Below are positions 1 to 7,998 of a stretch of 27,378 bases of DNA, piece after piece. The stretch comes from Gemmatimonadales bacterium (GTDB taxonomy: Bacteria; Gemmatimonadota; Gemmatimonadetes; Gemmatimonadales; GWC2-71-9). The stretch lies in contig DATFFX010000182.1 of the NCBI GenBank assembly GCA_035249825.1, positions 1-27,378 on the forward strand. Reading direction: 5' to 3'. Positions within the stretch are counted from its first letter, which is position 1; each line of letters begins with the position of its first letter. The notes below the pieces were generated by a model. That model saw nothing but the letters and a program-made list of their open reading frames with translations. It searched no databases and was not told the DNA's origin. Made by a program: the position numbers and the translations under genes.

Positions 1-333
1 CAGCTTGATGCCGATCATGCCGGCATCGAGGCAGCGCCGAAGCTCTGCTTCCGCATGGGAGCGGAAGTTCGGGTTGACCACGCAATAACCGCGAATGCGG
101 GTGGGGTGCGCACGTTGTAGTGCCAGGAGGCAGTCATTCCCGTACTGAATATCATCGGGCGATGGAAAGTAGATCGGAGAAGTCAGCCCCCAACTGCCCA
201 GGATCGAAGCGATATGAACCGTGATCCCGACACGTTCGCCCGCCCGCAGGCGGCTGGCATTGCGTTCCTGCCAGTCGCCGCGCGGCGAACGGTCATGGAG
301 AAAGTGGGCGTGTACGTCGACGAGGGCCCCTAT
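1..333 (-). CDS. Amidohydrolase family protein (Amidohydro_2-like), N-terminal part; runs off the window start
   Basis: Not in the ORF track; translated by hand. The minus frame reads (I)GALVDVHAHFLHDRS...RIRGYCVVNPNF...ELRRCLDAGMIGIKL. It has the DxHxH metal motif and the 'VNP...ELRRC...GIKL' pattern typical of this family. There is no in-frame ATG/GTG/TTG between the upstream TGA and the motif, so ATA at 333-331 is the candidate start. Confidence 0.8.
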   Translation of the reverse strand, partial: MGALVDVHAHFLHDRSPRGDWQERNASRLRAGERVGITVHIASILGSWGLTSPIYFPSPDDIQYGNDCLLALQRAHPTRIRGYCVVNPNFRSHAEAELRRCLDAGMIGIKL

Positions 334-506
334 GCCTCCTCCTCGGCCACTTCCTCGTCCTCAACCGCGCTACTCCCGGTGATCGCCTCGTCTGCCGACT
401 CGACGACCAGCGTCAAATCGGTTTCCTGCGAATCCTCATCCTCTACCGAGCCATCCTCATCATCCACGTCGTCGAGATCATCGACGGTTGGTTTGCGACT
501 GGACAT
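330..506 (-). CDS. Small, highly acidic hypothetical protein (58 aa)
   Basis: A strong Shine-Dalgarno (CAGGAGGT) lies 4 nt before the ATG at 506. 24 of 58 residues are D/E. It fills the gap between two co-oriented genes. Confidence 0.65.
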   Translation of the reverse strand: MSSRKPTVDDLDDVDDEDGSVEDEDSQETDLTLVVESADEAITGSSAVEDEEVAEEEA

Positions 507-565
507 ACCCACCTCCTGAAAAAGCACGCTGCAGTGTTAGCCTCGTCGTCAGGCTGCATTTCAAT

Positions 566-1732
566 CTAGGCAGATTTCGGCACCCCGGAGAGTGCTTCAG
601 CGAGGACCTGGAGAGTGGCATCGATCACGGCTGGATCGTGCGCCAGAGAGACGAAGTTGTAGGCTGATCGTTTGAACAGGAGGCCCCCACGGGCACACTC
701 GGCTGTCACCGCGCGCGACACCTCCTCGCCCGCATACTGGAGAAAGCACATCTCAGGGATCCCGCCGACTCCAACGATCAGCTCCGGATGTTCGTGATGC
801 AGTGTGGCGAGACCTTGCAGCAGGCGACTGCCAACCCTGCCGAGGTGCTGGGGTACGTGCCGGGCTGCCATGACGTCGAGGGTTGCCCGTGCCGCGGCGA
901 GCGAGACGAACTCGGTAGCCAGCGTGGAGGAGATCCAGGTACGGGCCGCTCCCGCCATCACCCACCGGCTACCACCGACCACTGCCAGGGGAAAGCCGTT
1001 TGCAATGGCTTTTCCCAGGACGACGAGGTCAGGGCGAATGTGATAGCGCTCGCAGGCTCCGCCGACTGCCAGCCGGCAGACCGTCTTGATCTCATCCACG
1101 ACGAGCAGCGCACCGAGACGCTCTGTCTCCACTCGCATCGTTGTGAGCCAGTCTGGATCAGGCTCTCGGAGAATGACCGGCTCGAACACCACAGCCGCCA
1201 GGTTATCACCTGCTGCCCTGATGAGCCTGCGAGTTGCTTCCACATCGTTGAAGGGAAGCTCACCGTACAGCTCCCGGGTGGACTGCGGAACTCCCTCCGC
1301 ACTCTGGGACCAGTCGTGCCAGCCGTGATAGCCGCAGCCGAGGATTCGCTCCCGTCCGGTGGCAACGCGGGCCAGGCGGACCGCGGCGGCCATTCCTTCA
1401 GCGCCGGTCTTCAGGAACCGAAGCTGTTCGACCCAAGGCATGAGCCCGCTGATCTGCTGGGCCAGCTCTTCCTCTATCACGGGAGGAAGGGGGCCGACGA
1501 CACCATGCTCGGCTGCCGCGACGACCGCCCGGGTGATTTCAGGGTGGCCATAGCCGAGTGCGACCGAGCCGAGCCCCATGATGTAGTCGATGAACTCGCC
1601 CTCGTTCTCGTCCCAGACGCGGCAGCCGGAGGATCGCACCATGCGCGCCGGCAAGCCGGGATGGCGCGCACCAAAGAGGCTTTCCGGGCGCTTGCTACCG
1701 GTAGAGGTGAAGCCCGCGACATGCTCGGTCAA
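566..1732 (-). CDS. Class-III PLP aminotransferase (glutamate-1-semialdehyde aminomutase-like)
   Basis: Motifs: DYIMGLGSVALGY, FLKTGAEG, GYHGWHDW, VVFEP, DEIKT and GKAIANGFPL (PLP lysine). TTG start. Confidence 0.88.
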   Translation of the reverse strand: MTEHVAGFTSTGSKRPESLFGARHPGLPARMVRSSGCRVWDENEGEFIDYIMGLGSVALGYGHPEITRAVVAAAEHGVVGPLPPVIEEELAQQISGLMPWVEQLRFLKTGAEGMAAAVRLARVATGRERILGCGYHGWHDWSQSAEGVPQSTRELYGELPFNDVEATRRLIRAAGDNLAAVVFEPVILREPDPDWLTTMRVETERLGALLVVDEIKTVCRLAVGGACERYHIRPDLVVLGKAIANGFPLAVVGGSRWVMAGAARTWISSTLATEFVSLAAARATLDVMAARHVPQHLGRVGSRLLQGLATLHHEHPELIVGVGGIPEMCFLQYAGEEVSRAVTAECARGGLLFKRSAYNFVSLAHDPAVIDATLQVLAEALSGVPKSA

Positions 1733-1760
1733 CGGTCCCCGCCCGAAAAGAAGGATTCAG

Positions 1761-4499
1761 TCACAGCAGTTCCAGCTTTCCGAATCTGCCGGGATCCTGC
1801 CGGTCACCGCGAAGCCACACCCAGCCGCCGCCGCCACTCCATACCAGCTGTCCCGCACGCCGGAGCCGGGCGGGTTGCATCTCATTCACCAGCAGGTCGA
1901 AGCCGATCTCGTCTCCCACGCGTACATTGCTCCAGCCCGGAAGCCTGAGCGAGCAGGTAATCCGGTATCCCCGATCGGTGGGAGTCCAACTTCCCTCAAC
2001 CATGTCACCTGCACTCGGAGATCCCGAGGTGTTGCGCGCGATCAGGCCTCCACCTTCAGTCGAGGGGACGATTAAAAAGCCGTTCACTGTTTCTTCCAAA
2101 GGCAGTTTGACATACACCTGAATTCCATCGGAGTGAATCTCGTCCGGCTCATTGTCGAGACGCAGCGGCTCAGCGCTTGGGTCGCGGGCAATCACGTCGG
2201 GCTTCACCACCTCCACAGCCAGGTACAGCGCGTCGTCGCTCCAGTTGACCAGGGCGCTGGCGGAGAGCTCGTCGGGACCTGGGTAGGGCTCCTCACTTCG
2301 CCGGTACTGGTCTTCATGATCGAGCTGAAGGTCTTCCTCGACCTCGAAACCGCTGAGCGTCCCGTCGAGCGCCGGCGGTTCCAGGATATGGTGGGCAGCC
2401 CCGACGGCTTGCAGTGGACGATCCTGCCGGACCAGGGGCTCGAATGGCGGTGGGTTCCGTCGGATGCCGGCGAGTCTCACTGTAGCCCCGGGGGTCTGTA
2501 CCTCCCATCCCTCGGCGGTGGACGTGTGTCGCTCCACTCCGGCTGCGGTTTCTATCTCGATAGCGGCTCCACTGAGCCGAACCGTGCGCACCTGACACTC
2601 ACCGCTGGTGGACTCCAGGACAGAGACCAACCGCAGATTTTTCCCCTGCGCCCGCACGATGTAGAATGTGGCTGGCTTGGTCGTCCCGGGCGCTCCCGGA
2701 CCCACGGCGCGGAGCAGGTCTGCCGCGGAATCGAGGTAGAGGCTCAGCGTCGCGCTGGTTCCCTGGGAGCGAAGCACCAGCGGTACCTGCCGATCGTTCA
2801 CGCGACGTTCAACCTGCCGTACAAACTCGTCGGACAGGTCGGCCGGCGCCCAGTTGCCGGCTGGCTCCACTTGCACCTCTCCGCTCAGATGCCAGGGCAG
2901 CTCGACTATGCGGTCCTCGGTTCCACTCAGCTCCAGGACGTCGAGCAGATAGCTGGGACCGGCCACCAACACCCGCACCAGCGGACCAAATCGTCCTCGA
3001 GCCCACGCCCACTCACCACTGGATCCGAAGTTGTCGCAGACAGCGTCACCGAACGGTTGAGAAACACCGTCGAGCCGGGGAGCGTTGTGAGCCAGCGTTG
3101 AGCGGTACCAGAACAGATCTCGAGCCACATAGGAACCGGTTCCGAAGTCAGGCAACCAGTACTCCCCGTCGGCATGCAGGATCAGGTTCAGCCGGTCCGG
3201 GTGGCCGTGCCCGCCACCCGAGCTGCCGCACTCGAGGCTGGCGTACCGGCTTCCACGGCGAAACAATGCCAGGCCCTGGCCTTCCACGAAGGTATTCCCC
3301 GGAGCCCATGGTGGAGTGTCGGTCGGCAACGAGGGCACCATCTCGAGCAATGCCCACCAGGACAAATCAGCACGGGTGCGCTCAGCGGCGGGATCCGGCT
3401 CACCCGCCTCGTGCAGGTAGGAGTCGAATGTCTGCGCCTTCGGCGCCGGAGCCCGGTACAGCTCTCGTAACCAGCTCCACAGGTCCTCGTGCCCGTCTGA
3501 TGCGGCGGAGACTCTTGCGAGCCCAATCTCCCAGAGCTCGAGATACATCGGCTGCGCCAGGGAGACGCCGAACCGGGAGTCCTTTCGAGCGGGAAAGGTG
3601 TAGTCCGGGAGCGCGGTAACTGCAGGAGCGCGAAGCGCGTGCACCAGCTTGTCCGCCAGCCGGGGGTCAGCGAGCAGGTCAACACCGGCGAGTCGGGCCC
3701 ACCACATGGCCAGCAACTGACCCCTGAGTGCGAACAGGTGATAGTTGTCTCCCTCGTACCACATCCCATCCTCACCGAACCCCTGCAGGAGATGAGTTAC
3801 GATCCCGGTATTCCCCTCGATGACCCGGGAGGCGAGTTCCTCGTCTTCGAACCACACCGCGATGCTCGCCAACGCAGCGTTGTGCCAGGTCTGCCGGTTC
3901 GAGAGCCCTTCGTCGTACTCACCGATAATGTTCGCCGCCTCGTCCGCGACCGTAGCGATCACTCTGGCGGTGGCATCCTCCAGCAAACCGCTCTCGCGAA
4001 GCAGCATGGCAGCCGCGAGGTAGTTGCCGATCCAGACGGATTCGAGATACGTGGAGAAGAAGAGATGGCTGGGACCCAGAACGTTGTCGCGGTTAGGGTA
4101 GTCGGAATAGCCGCGATACGCCTGCAGCAGATTGTTCGCCCCCCTGGCGGCATCGTCTCGCCCTGAAAACGCCGCCACCGCAGCAAGGTGAGCTGCGCGC
4201 TCGGCGAGCCAGAGATGCTGATAGTGCGCCCAGGCCCGATCGTGCCGTTCTCCAGTGAACTGTTTCCGACAGCTGGGGCAGCGGTGGAGATGGGGACTCC
4301 AGGGGTCGAACTCCAATCGGGCACCGTCATCGGGACATACGCCGCCGTCGGCCGTCAGCAGTGCCTTCAGCGGCGACACCGGCGGCATGCGCCGGAGCAC
4401 CGGTTCCGCCCGTTCTTCCAGTCGAGCCAGCAGCCGGGCCAGCTGAGGCGCGGCCTGGATATCGTTGCGACGCAGGTCCAGCTCTTCTGCCGTCAGCAC
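1761..4499 (-). CDS. Heparinase II/III-like polysaccharide lyase with N-terminal Cys cluster and C-terminal CBM9/DOMON-like domain
   Basis: Motifs NRQTWHN, GMWYEGDNYH, GHGHPDRL, PDFGTGSY and WYRSTLAHN resemble oligo-alginate/heparinase II/III lyases. The C-terminal WSDDALYLAVEV...DGIQVYV...GFDLLVNE is CBM9-like. The GTG start overlaps the end of the kinase gene. No signal peptide is evident. Confidence 0.8.
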   Translation of the reverse strand: MLTAEELDLRRNDIQAAPQLARLLARLEERAEPVLRRMPPVSPLKALLTADGGVCPDDGARLEFDPWSPHLHRCPSCRKQFTGERHDRAWAHYQHLWLAERAAHLAAVAAFSGRDDAARGANNLLQAYRGYSDYPNRDNVLGPSHLFFSTYLESVWIGNYLAAAMLLRESGLLEDATARVIATVADEAANIIGEYDEGLSNRQTWHNAALASIAVWFEDEELASRVIEGNTGIVTHLLQGFGEDGMWYEGDNYHLFALRGQLLAMWWARLAGVDLLADPRLADKLVHALRAPAVTALPDYTFPARKDSRFGVSLAQPMYLELWEIGLARVSAASDGHEDLWSWLRELYRAPAPKAQTFDSYLHEAGEPDPAAERTRADLSWWALLEMVPSLPTDTPPWAPGNTFVEGQGLALFRRGSRYASLECGSSGGGHGHPDRLNLILHADGEYWLPDFGTGSYVARDLFWYRSTLAHNAPRLDGVSQPFGDAVCDNFGSSGEWAWARGRFGPLVRVLVAGPSYLLDVLELSGTEDRIVELPWHLSGEVQVEPAGNWAPADLSDEFVRQVERRVNDRQVPLVLRSQGTSATLSLYLDSAADLLRAVGPGAPGTTKPATFYIVRAQGKNLRLVSVLESTSGECQVRTVRLSGAAIEIETAAGVERHTSTAEGWEVQTPGATVRLAGIRRNPPPFEPLVRQDRPLQAVGAAHHILEPPALDGTLSGFEVEEDLQLDHEDQYRRSEEPYPGPDELSASALVNWSDDALYLAVEVVKPDVIARDPSAEPLRLDNEPDEIHSDGIQVYVKLPLEETVNGFLIVPSTEGGGLIARNTSGSPSAGDMVEGSWTPTDRGYRITCSLRLPGWSNVRVGDEIGFDLLVNEMQPARLRRAGQLVWSGGGGWVWLRGDRQDPGRFGKLELL

Positions 4500-5515
4500 G
4501 GCCGCACGCCATACATCGCCCAGCGCACGGGTAGAAGCGTGGCACCACTGCCTTGTGCCGCTTCTATGACTGCACTGGGATCATCTGGAGCAAGAAAGAA
4601 CATGCACCCTCCTGCCCCGGATCCTGCCGCCTTGCCGCCCAGTGCTCCGGCGGCAAGGGCAGCTCGCTCCAATCGGGCCATGTTTTCCGTGCGCATACCT
4701 GGATCCAGGGCCTGCTGGTGAGCCCAGTTATCGCTCAGCAGCCGTCCGATCAGCGCAACGTCGGCGGACGCGAGTGCGGCATCCATGGACTCAGCCACAG
4801 CGCGCAGGCCGTACAGGGCACGAACTACCCTGGGCTCCCGGTTCTCATATGCCAGCATCACGCGATCGATGGTTGCACCAGAAAAATGGGACGCACTGGT
4901 GTAGCACAACACCGTCCTTCGACCGAGCTCATCAGCGAAATGCGGATCCAGATCGAGGCGCCGCACTTCGGCGTCGGGATCTCTGAAGTCGAGCCGGAGG
5001 AAACCGCCGTGAGACGACGTGAACTGATCCTGCCGTCCACCTGAAATACCGGCTTCCACCGCTTCCAGGTGGCAGGCACGTTCCGCGATATCTACCGGGT
5101 CAGGACTCTCGCCGCGAGCAGCCGACAACGCGGCGACCAGGGCCACATCCAAGGCACCGGAGCTTCCGAGGCCCGACCCCGGCGGCGCATCGGACCGGGT
5201 GGTGAGGGTACACGCTCCCACCGGCAGCATACGCAGTGCGGCCTTGAGAAGTTCGAGACGCCCATCGCTGACCAGTCCGGTCGAATCACGTATCTGCAGC
5301 TCGTCCCGGAGGTCTTCGGATATCAGCTGGATGCCACTCCCGCCCAGGCGGACCTCGGCGCGGGCGAAGAGCCGGATCGCAGCGGTGACGACCACCCCGC
5401 CTTCCTGGGCCGAAAACGGCGGAACATCGGTCCACCCTCCGGCCAGGTCGAGACGCACCGGGGCGGCGGCCCTGAAGGCGGGGCGCGGGTCTTCAGTAGG
5501 CTGCACTCCACTCAT
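4493..5515 (-). CDS. GHMP-family sugar kinase (L-fucokinase/HddA-like)
   Basis: Motifs: APVRLDLAGGWTDVPP, PPGSGLGSSG (GHMP ATP loop), GGRQDQ, KAAGSGAGG. The start at 5515 forms an ATGA overlap with the stop of the binding-protein gene. Confidence 0.9.
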   Translation of the reverse strand: MSGVQPTEDPRPAFRAAAPVRLDLAGGWTDVPPFSAQEGGVVVTAAIRLFARAEVRLGGSGIQLISEDLRDELQIRDSTGLVSDGRLELLKAALRMLPVGACTLTTRSDAPPGSGLGSSGALDVALVAALSAARGESPDPVDIAERACHLEAVEAGISGGRQDQFTSSHGGFLRLDFRDPDAEVRRLDLDPHFADELGRRTVLCYTSASHFSGATIDRVMLAYENREPRVVRALYGLRAVAESMDAALASADVALIGRLLSDNWAHQQALDPGMRTENMARLERAALAAGALGGKAAGSGAGGCMFFLAPDDPSAVIEAAQGSGATLLPVRWAMYGVRPC

Positions 5516-6936
5516 CGCGCGATCCACCAGTCGTGCACCGTCGGGAGCTCTCCCCGTAGATCCATGGTAACGCCGCGCACCCGACGATTCATTCCCTGAA
5601 GCCCGCGGGAGTGATAGAGAAAGGCCACCGGAGTCGAGTCGGCGAACAGGCGCTGAGCGGCGAGCGGATCCGCCGGCGCATCGAATCCGGCCAACGCCGC
5701 AAGCGGCTCCAGGTAGCCGAGACCCGGATCTCCAGCAATTCCCAGCACTGCCGCCTCGAAGTCGGGTGTCTGCCCGTAGACCCGCCCAAGGAAGGCGGAC
5801 ACTTCGAGCTGGCGGATTGTCACATCGAAGCCACGCTCGCGGAGCCGCGCTTGAAGCATCTGCTCCAGTGCCGCCTCGCCGCTCCCTACCGTGAGCAGTT
5901 CAAAGGGTATCGGCGTGCGAACGGGCTCCTCCCTGTACTCCACCGGCTTCACCGGAAGGTAGCCCGGCGCTGTCGGCGGCACCGGCCCCAGTGCCGGTGT
6001 TCCGTATCCATAGATGTATCCATCAACCAGCTCCTGGCGATCGATGGCATCGCTCACCCGACGGCGAGTCTCGAGGCGATTGAACGGAGGGCGCCGGGCG
6101 TTGAACACGATGCCCTCGGTCCAGAGCAGCGAGTAGCTCAGCACGGCGAGATTGGGATCACGGCGCACGAATTCGGCATGAGCGGGCTGGATCCCGGCGA
6201 AATCCAACTCGCCCGACGTGAGCGCGGCGAGCTTCGTGGTTGGTTCATCCACCACGACCACTATGAACCGCTTGAGGCGGGGCGGCCCGCCCAGCACGGC
6301 AGGGAAATGGGCATTGGCTTCGAACACCCATCGCCGGTTCGGCTCGTGTGACACGAACCGGAACGGGCCGTTACCGACCGGAGCGCTGTTCCAGCTTGCC
6401 TGGCGCAAGTGTTCGAGCGCTACCCCCTCGAGAAGATGAGCCGGCAAGATGGCGAGATCCGTGAGCACATCGGGAAAGCGGCTTTGCCGCCGCTTGAATG
6501 CGAGGAGTGCAGTTGAATCGTCGAGGGCCACAACACTGTCGAGCGCCGCGAGCTCGTTCCCCCGGGGATACCCGGTTGCCGGATTGCGGGCTGCGTTCAG
6601 GGTCCAGGCAACGTCTCGCGCCGTGGTAGGCCGTCCGTCATGCCAACGGATTTCGGTGTGGAGTTGGAGGATGAGCCTTCGACGATCGGAGGACCACTTC
6701 CACGAGCGAGCAAGATACGGCTGCGGCGTCAGCGCACTGTCATACTGTGCCAGGGTGGTGAGCAGCACATAGCGCTGTACCTGACGGGCCAGTGGATGCG
6801 CGGTAAGCAGCGGATTGATGCTCTGGAGATCCGCGCCCGAAGCAAAGAGCACGCTCTCGCCACGGCGATTTGCGTTGGAGCCGCAGGCGGAGATCAACGC
6901 TGACAGGAGCAGGATGCGGTTTGGCATTCGAAGCAC
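5512..6936 (-). CDS. ABC transporter substrate-binding lipoprotein, family 5 (OppA/DppA/NikA-like)
   Basis: Lipobox ISAC, then PYLARSW, IRWHDGRPTTARDVAWT, PVGNGPFRF and ALTSGELD. The start is GTG at 6936 or ATG at 6927, rather than 6963. Confidence 0.9.
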   Translation of the reverse strand: MLRMPNRILLLSALISACGSNANRRGESVLFASGADLQSINPLLTAHPLARQVQRYVLLTTLAQYDSALTPQPYLARSWKWSSDRRRLILQLHTEIRWHDGRPTTARDVAWTLNAARNPATGYPRGNELAALDSVVALDDSTALLAFKRRQSRFPDVLTDLAILPAHLLEGVALEHLRQASWNSAPVGNGPFRFVSHEPNRRWVFEANAHFPAVLGGPPRLKRFIVVVVDEPTTKLAALTSGELDFAGIQPAHAEFVRRDPNLAVLSYSLLWTEGIVFNARRPPFNRLETRRRVSDAIDRQELVDGYIYGYGTPALGPVPPTAPGYLPVKPVEYREEPVRTPIPFELLTVGSGEAALEQMLQARLRERGFDVTIRQLEVSAFLGRVYGQTPDFEAAVLGIAGDPGLGYLEPLAALAGFDAPADPLAAQRLFADSTPVAFLYHSRGLQGMNRRVRGVTMDLRGELPTVHDWWIAR

Positions 6937-7014
6937 GGCGAAGTTTATCTCTGCCAGGCGCAAGCTGCAGGATCAACCACCATTGATCGGCCCCTGACCG
7001 AGATACATTCTACC
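6937..7014. promoter_or_regulatory. Divergent promoter region with mirrored -10-like elements and a 6-6-6 palindrome
   Basis: Plus strand: GAGATACATT-CTACC-ATG(7015). Minus strand: GAGATAAACT-TCGCC-GTG(6936). Inverted repeat GATCAA-N6-TTGATC at 6971-6988. Confidence 0.5.
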
Positions 7015-7998
7015 ATGCTCCGAACGGTGTTTGTGCGGTCGATAGCCGGCGCTGCGGTCGTGATCGGCGTCGTGACTCTGATGTTTTTTCTCATCCGGAT
7101 GGCGCCGGGAGATCCTGCTCTGCTGCTGGTAGGGCCCACCGCCACCCAGGAACAGCTCACTGCACAGCGGAGAGATCTCGGTCTCGACCGCCCGGTGCCC
7201 GAACAATACGCCACCTGGCTGAGCCGCTTCGTTCGCGGCGATTGGGGCACCAGCATCGCATCCGGCCGGCCGGTCCGTGCGATGATCTCCGCCGCCTGGC
7301 CTGCGACCGTCAGTCTCGTCGGCCTCTCGCTGATTCTGAGTTATCTCCTCGGCATTCTGGTTGGTGCCATCCAGGCAACGAGAGGCGGGCGGCTCGATAC
7401 CGCCCTCTCGGTGGTCAGTGTCACGCTCTTCGCCGTGCCGGGGTACTGGCTGGGGCTGATGCTGGTGATGGTTTTCACCTACTGGGCCCGCGCCCTGCCG
7501 GCGTTTGGGGCAGCGGGTCTGGACGCCGACTTCCTCACCGGGTGGGATCAGATAGCCGATCGTCTCCGCCACCTCGCTCTGCCGCTGGCAACCCTCACGC
7601 TGATCGGCGTCGGTGGAACGGCGCGGTATGTTCGCGGCTCGATGCTGGATGTTCGGAACGCCCCTCATGTGGCGATCGCCCGAGCCAAGGGCTTGTCTTC
7701 CCTCCAGGTCAGCGTACGGCACGTACTCCGCAACGCATTGATTCCGGTGCTCACATTGCTCGGCCTCTCGCTGCCCGCGCTGTTTTCCGGGGCGGTGTTC
7801 ATCGAAGCGATCTTCGCCTGGCCCGGGGTCGGACGCATCATGGTCGAAGCCGTAGGGGCCCGGGATTACCCGGTGATCATGGCCGCGACGGCGGTGAGCG
7901 CCATGCTGGTCGTGCTTGGAAATCTGCTCGCGGATGCACTGACCGCATGGGCCGACCCGCGGGTACGGATCGCGGAGCCCTCGGAAGGAGCGGTGTAG
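7015..7998 (+). CDS. ABC transporter permease (OppB/DppB-like)
   Basis: Motifs APGDPA, GLDRPVPEQY, GDWGTSI, AWPATVSL, the EAA-loop region ARAKGLS...RHVLRNAL, FAWPGVG and RDYPVI; multiple TM segments. Confidence 0.93.
   Translation: MLRTVFVRSIAGAAVVIGVVTLMFFLIRMAPGDPALLLVGPTATQEQLTAQRRDLGLDRPVPEQYATWLSRFVRGDWGTSIASGRPVRAMISAAWPATVSLVGLSLILSYLLGILVGAIQATRGGRLDTALSVVSVTLFAVPGYWLGLMLVMVFTYWARALPAFGAAGLDADFLTGWDQIADRLRHLALPLATLTLIGVGGTARYVRGSMLDVRNAPHVAIARAKGLSSLQVSVRHVLRNALIPVLTLLGLSLPALFSGAVFIEAIFAWPGVGRIMVEAVGARDYPVIMAATAVSAMLVVLGNLLADALTAWADPRVRIAEPSEGAV

Noticed and set aside
330-506. LysW-like amino-group carrier protein (small, acidic, next to a class-III aminotransferase)
   Set aside because: It lacks the Cys zinc-ribbon and the C-terminal EDxGE motif, and no ATP-grasp ligase is in the window.
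530-558. Hairpin AGCCT-N7-AGGCT with a nearby T-run as a terminator after the aminotransferase
   Set aside because: The stem is only 5 bp and the T-run is not adjacent; too weak to call.
566-1732. Assigning the symbol hemL
   Set aside because: The protein is short, the motif is altered and there is no tetrapyrrole context.
788-1948. 386-aa plus-strand ORF
   Set aside because: Antisense shadow of the aminotransferase with no motifs; long shadow ORFs are expected in GC-rich coding DNA.
2133-4721. Several 175-322 aa plus-strand ORFs
   Set aside because: All are antisense to the lyase or kinase genes and have compositionally biased translations.
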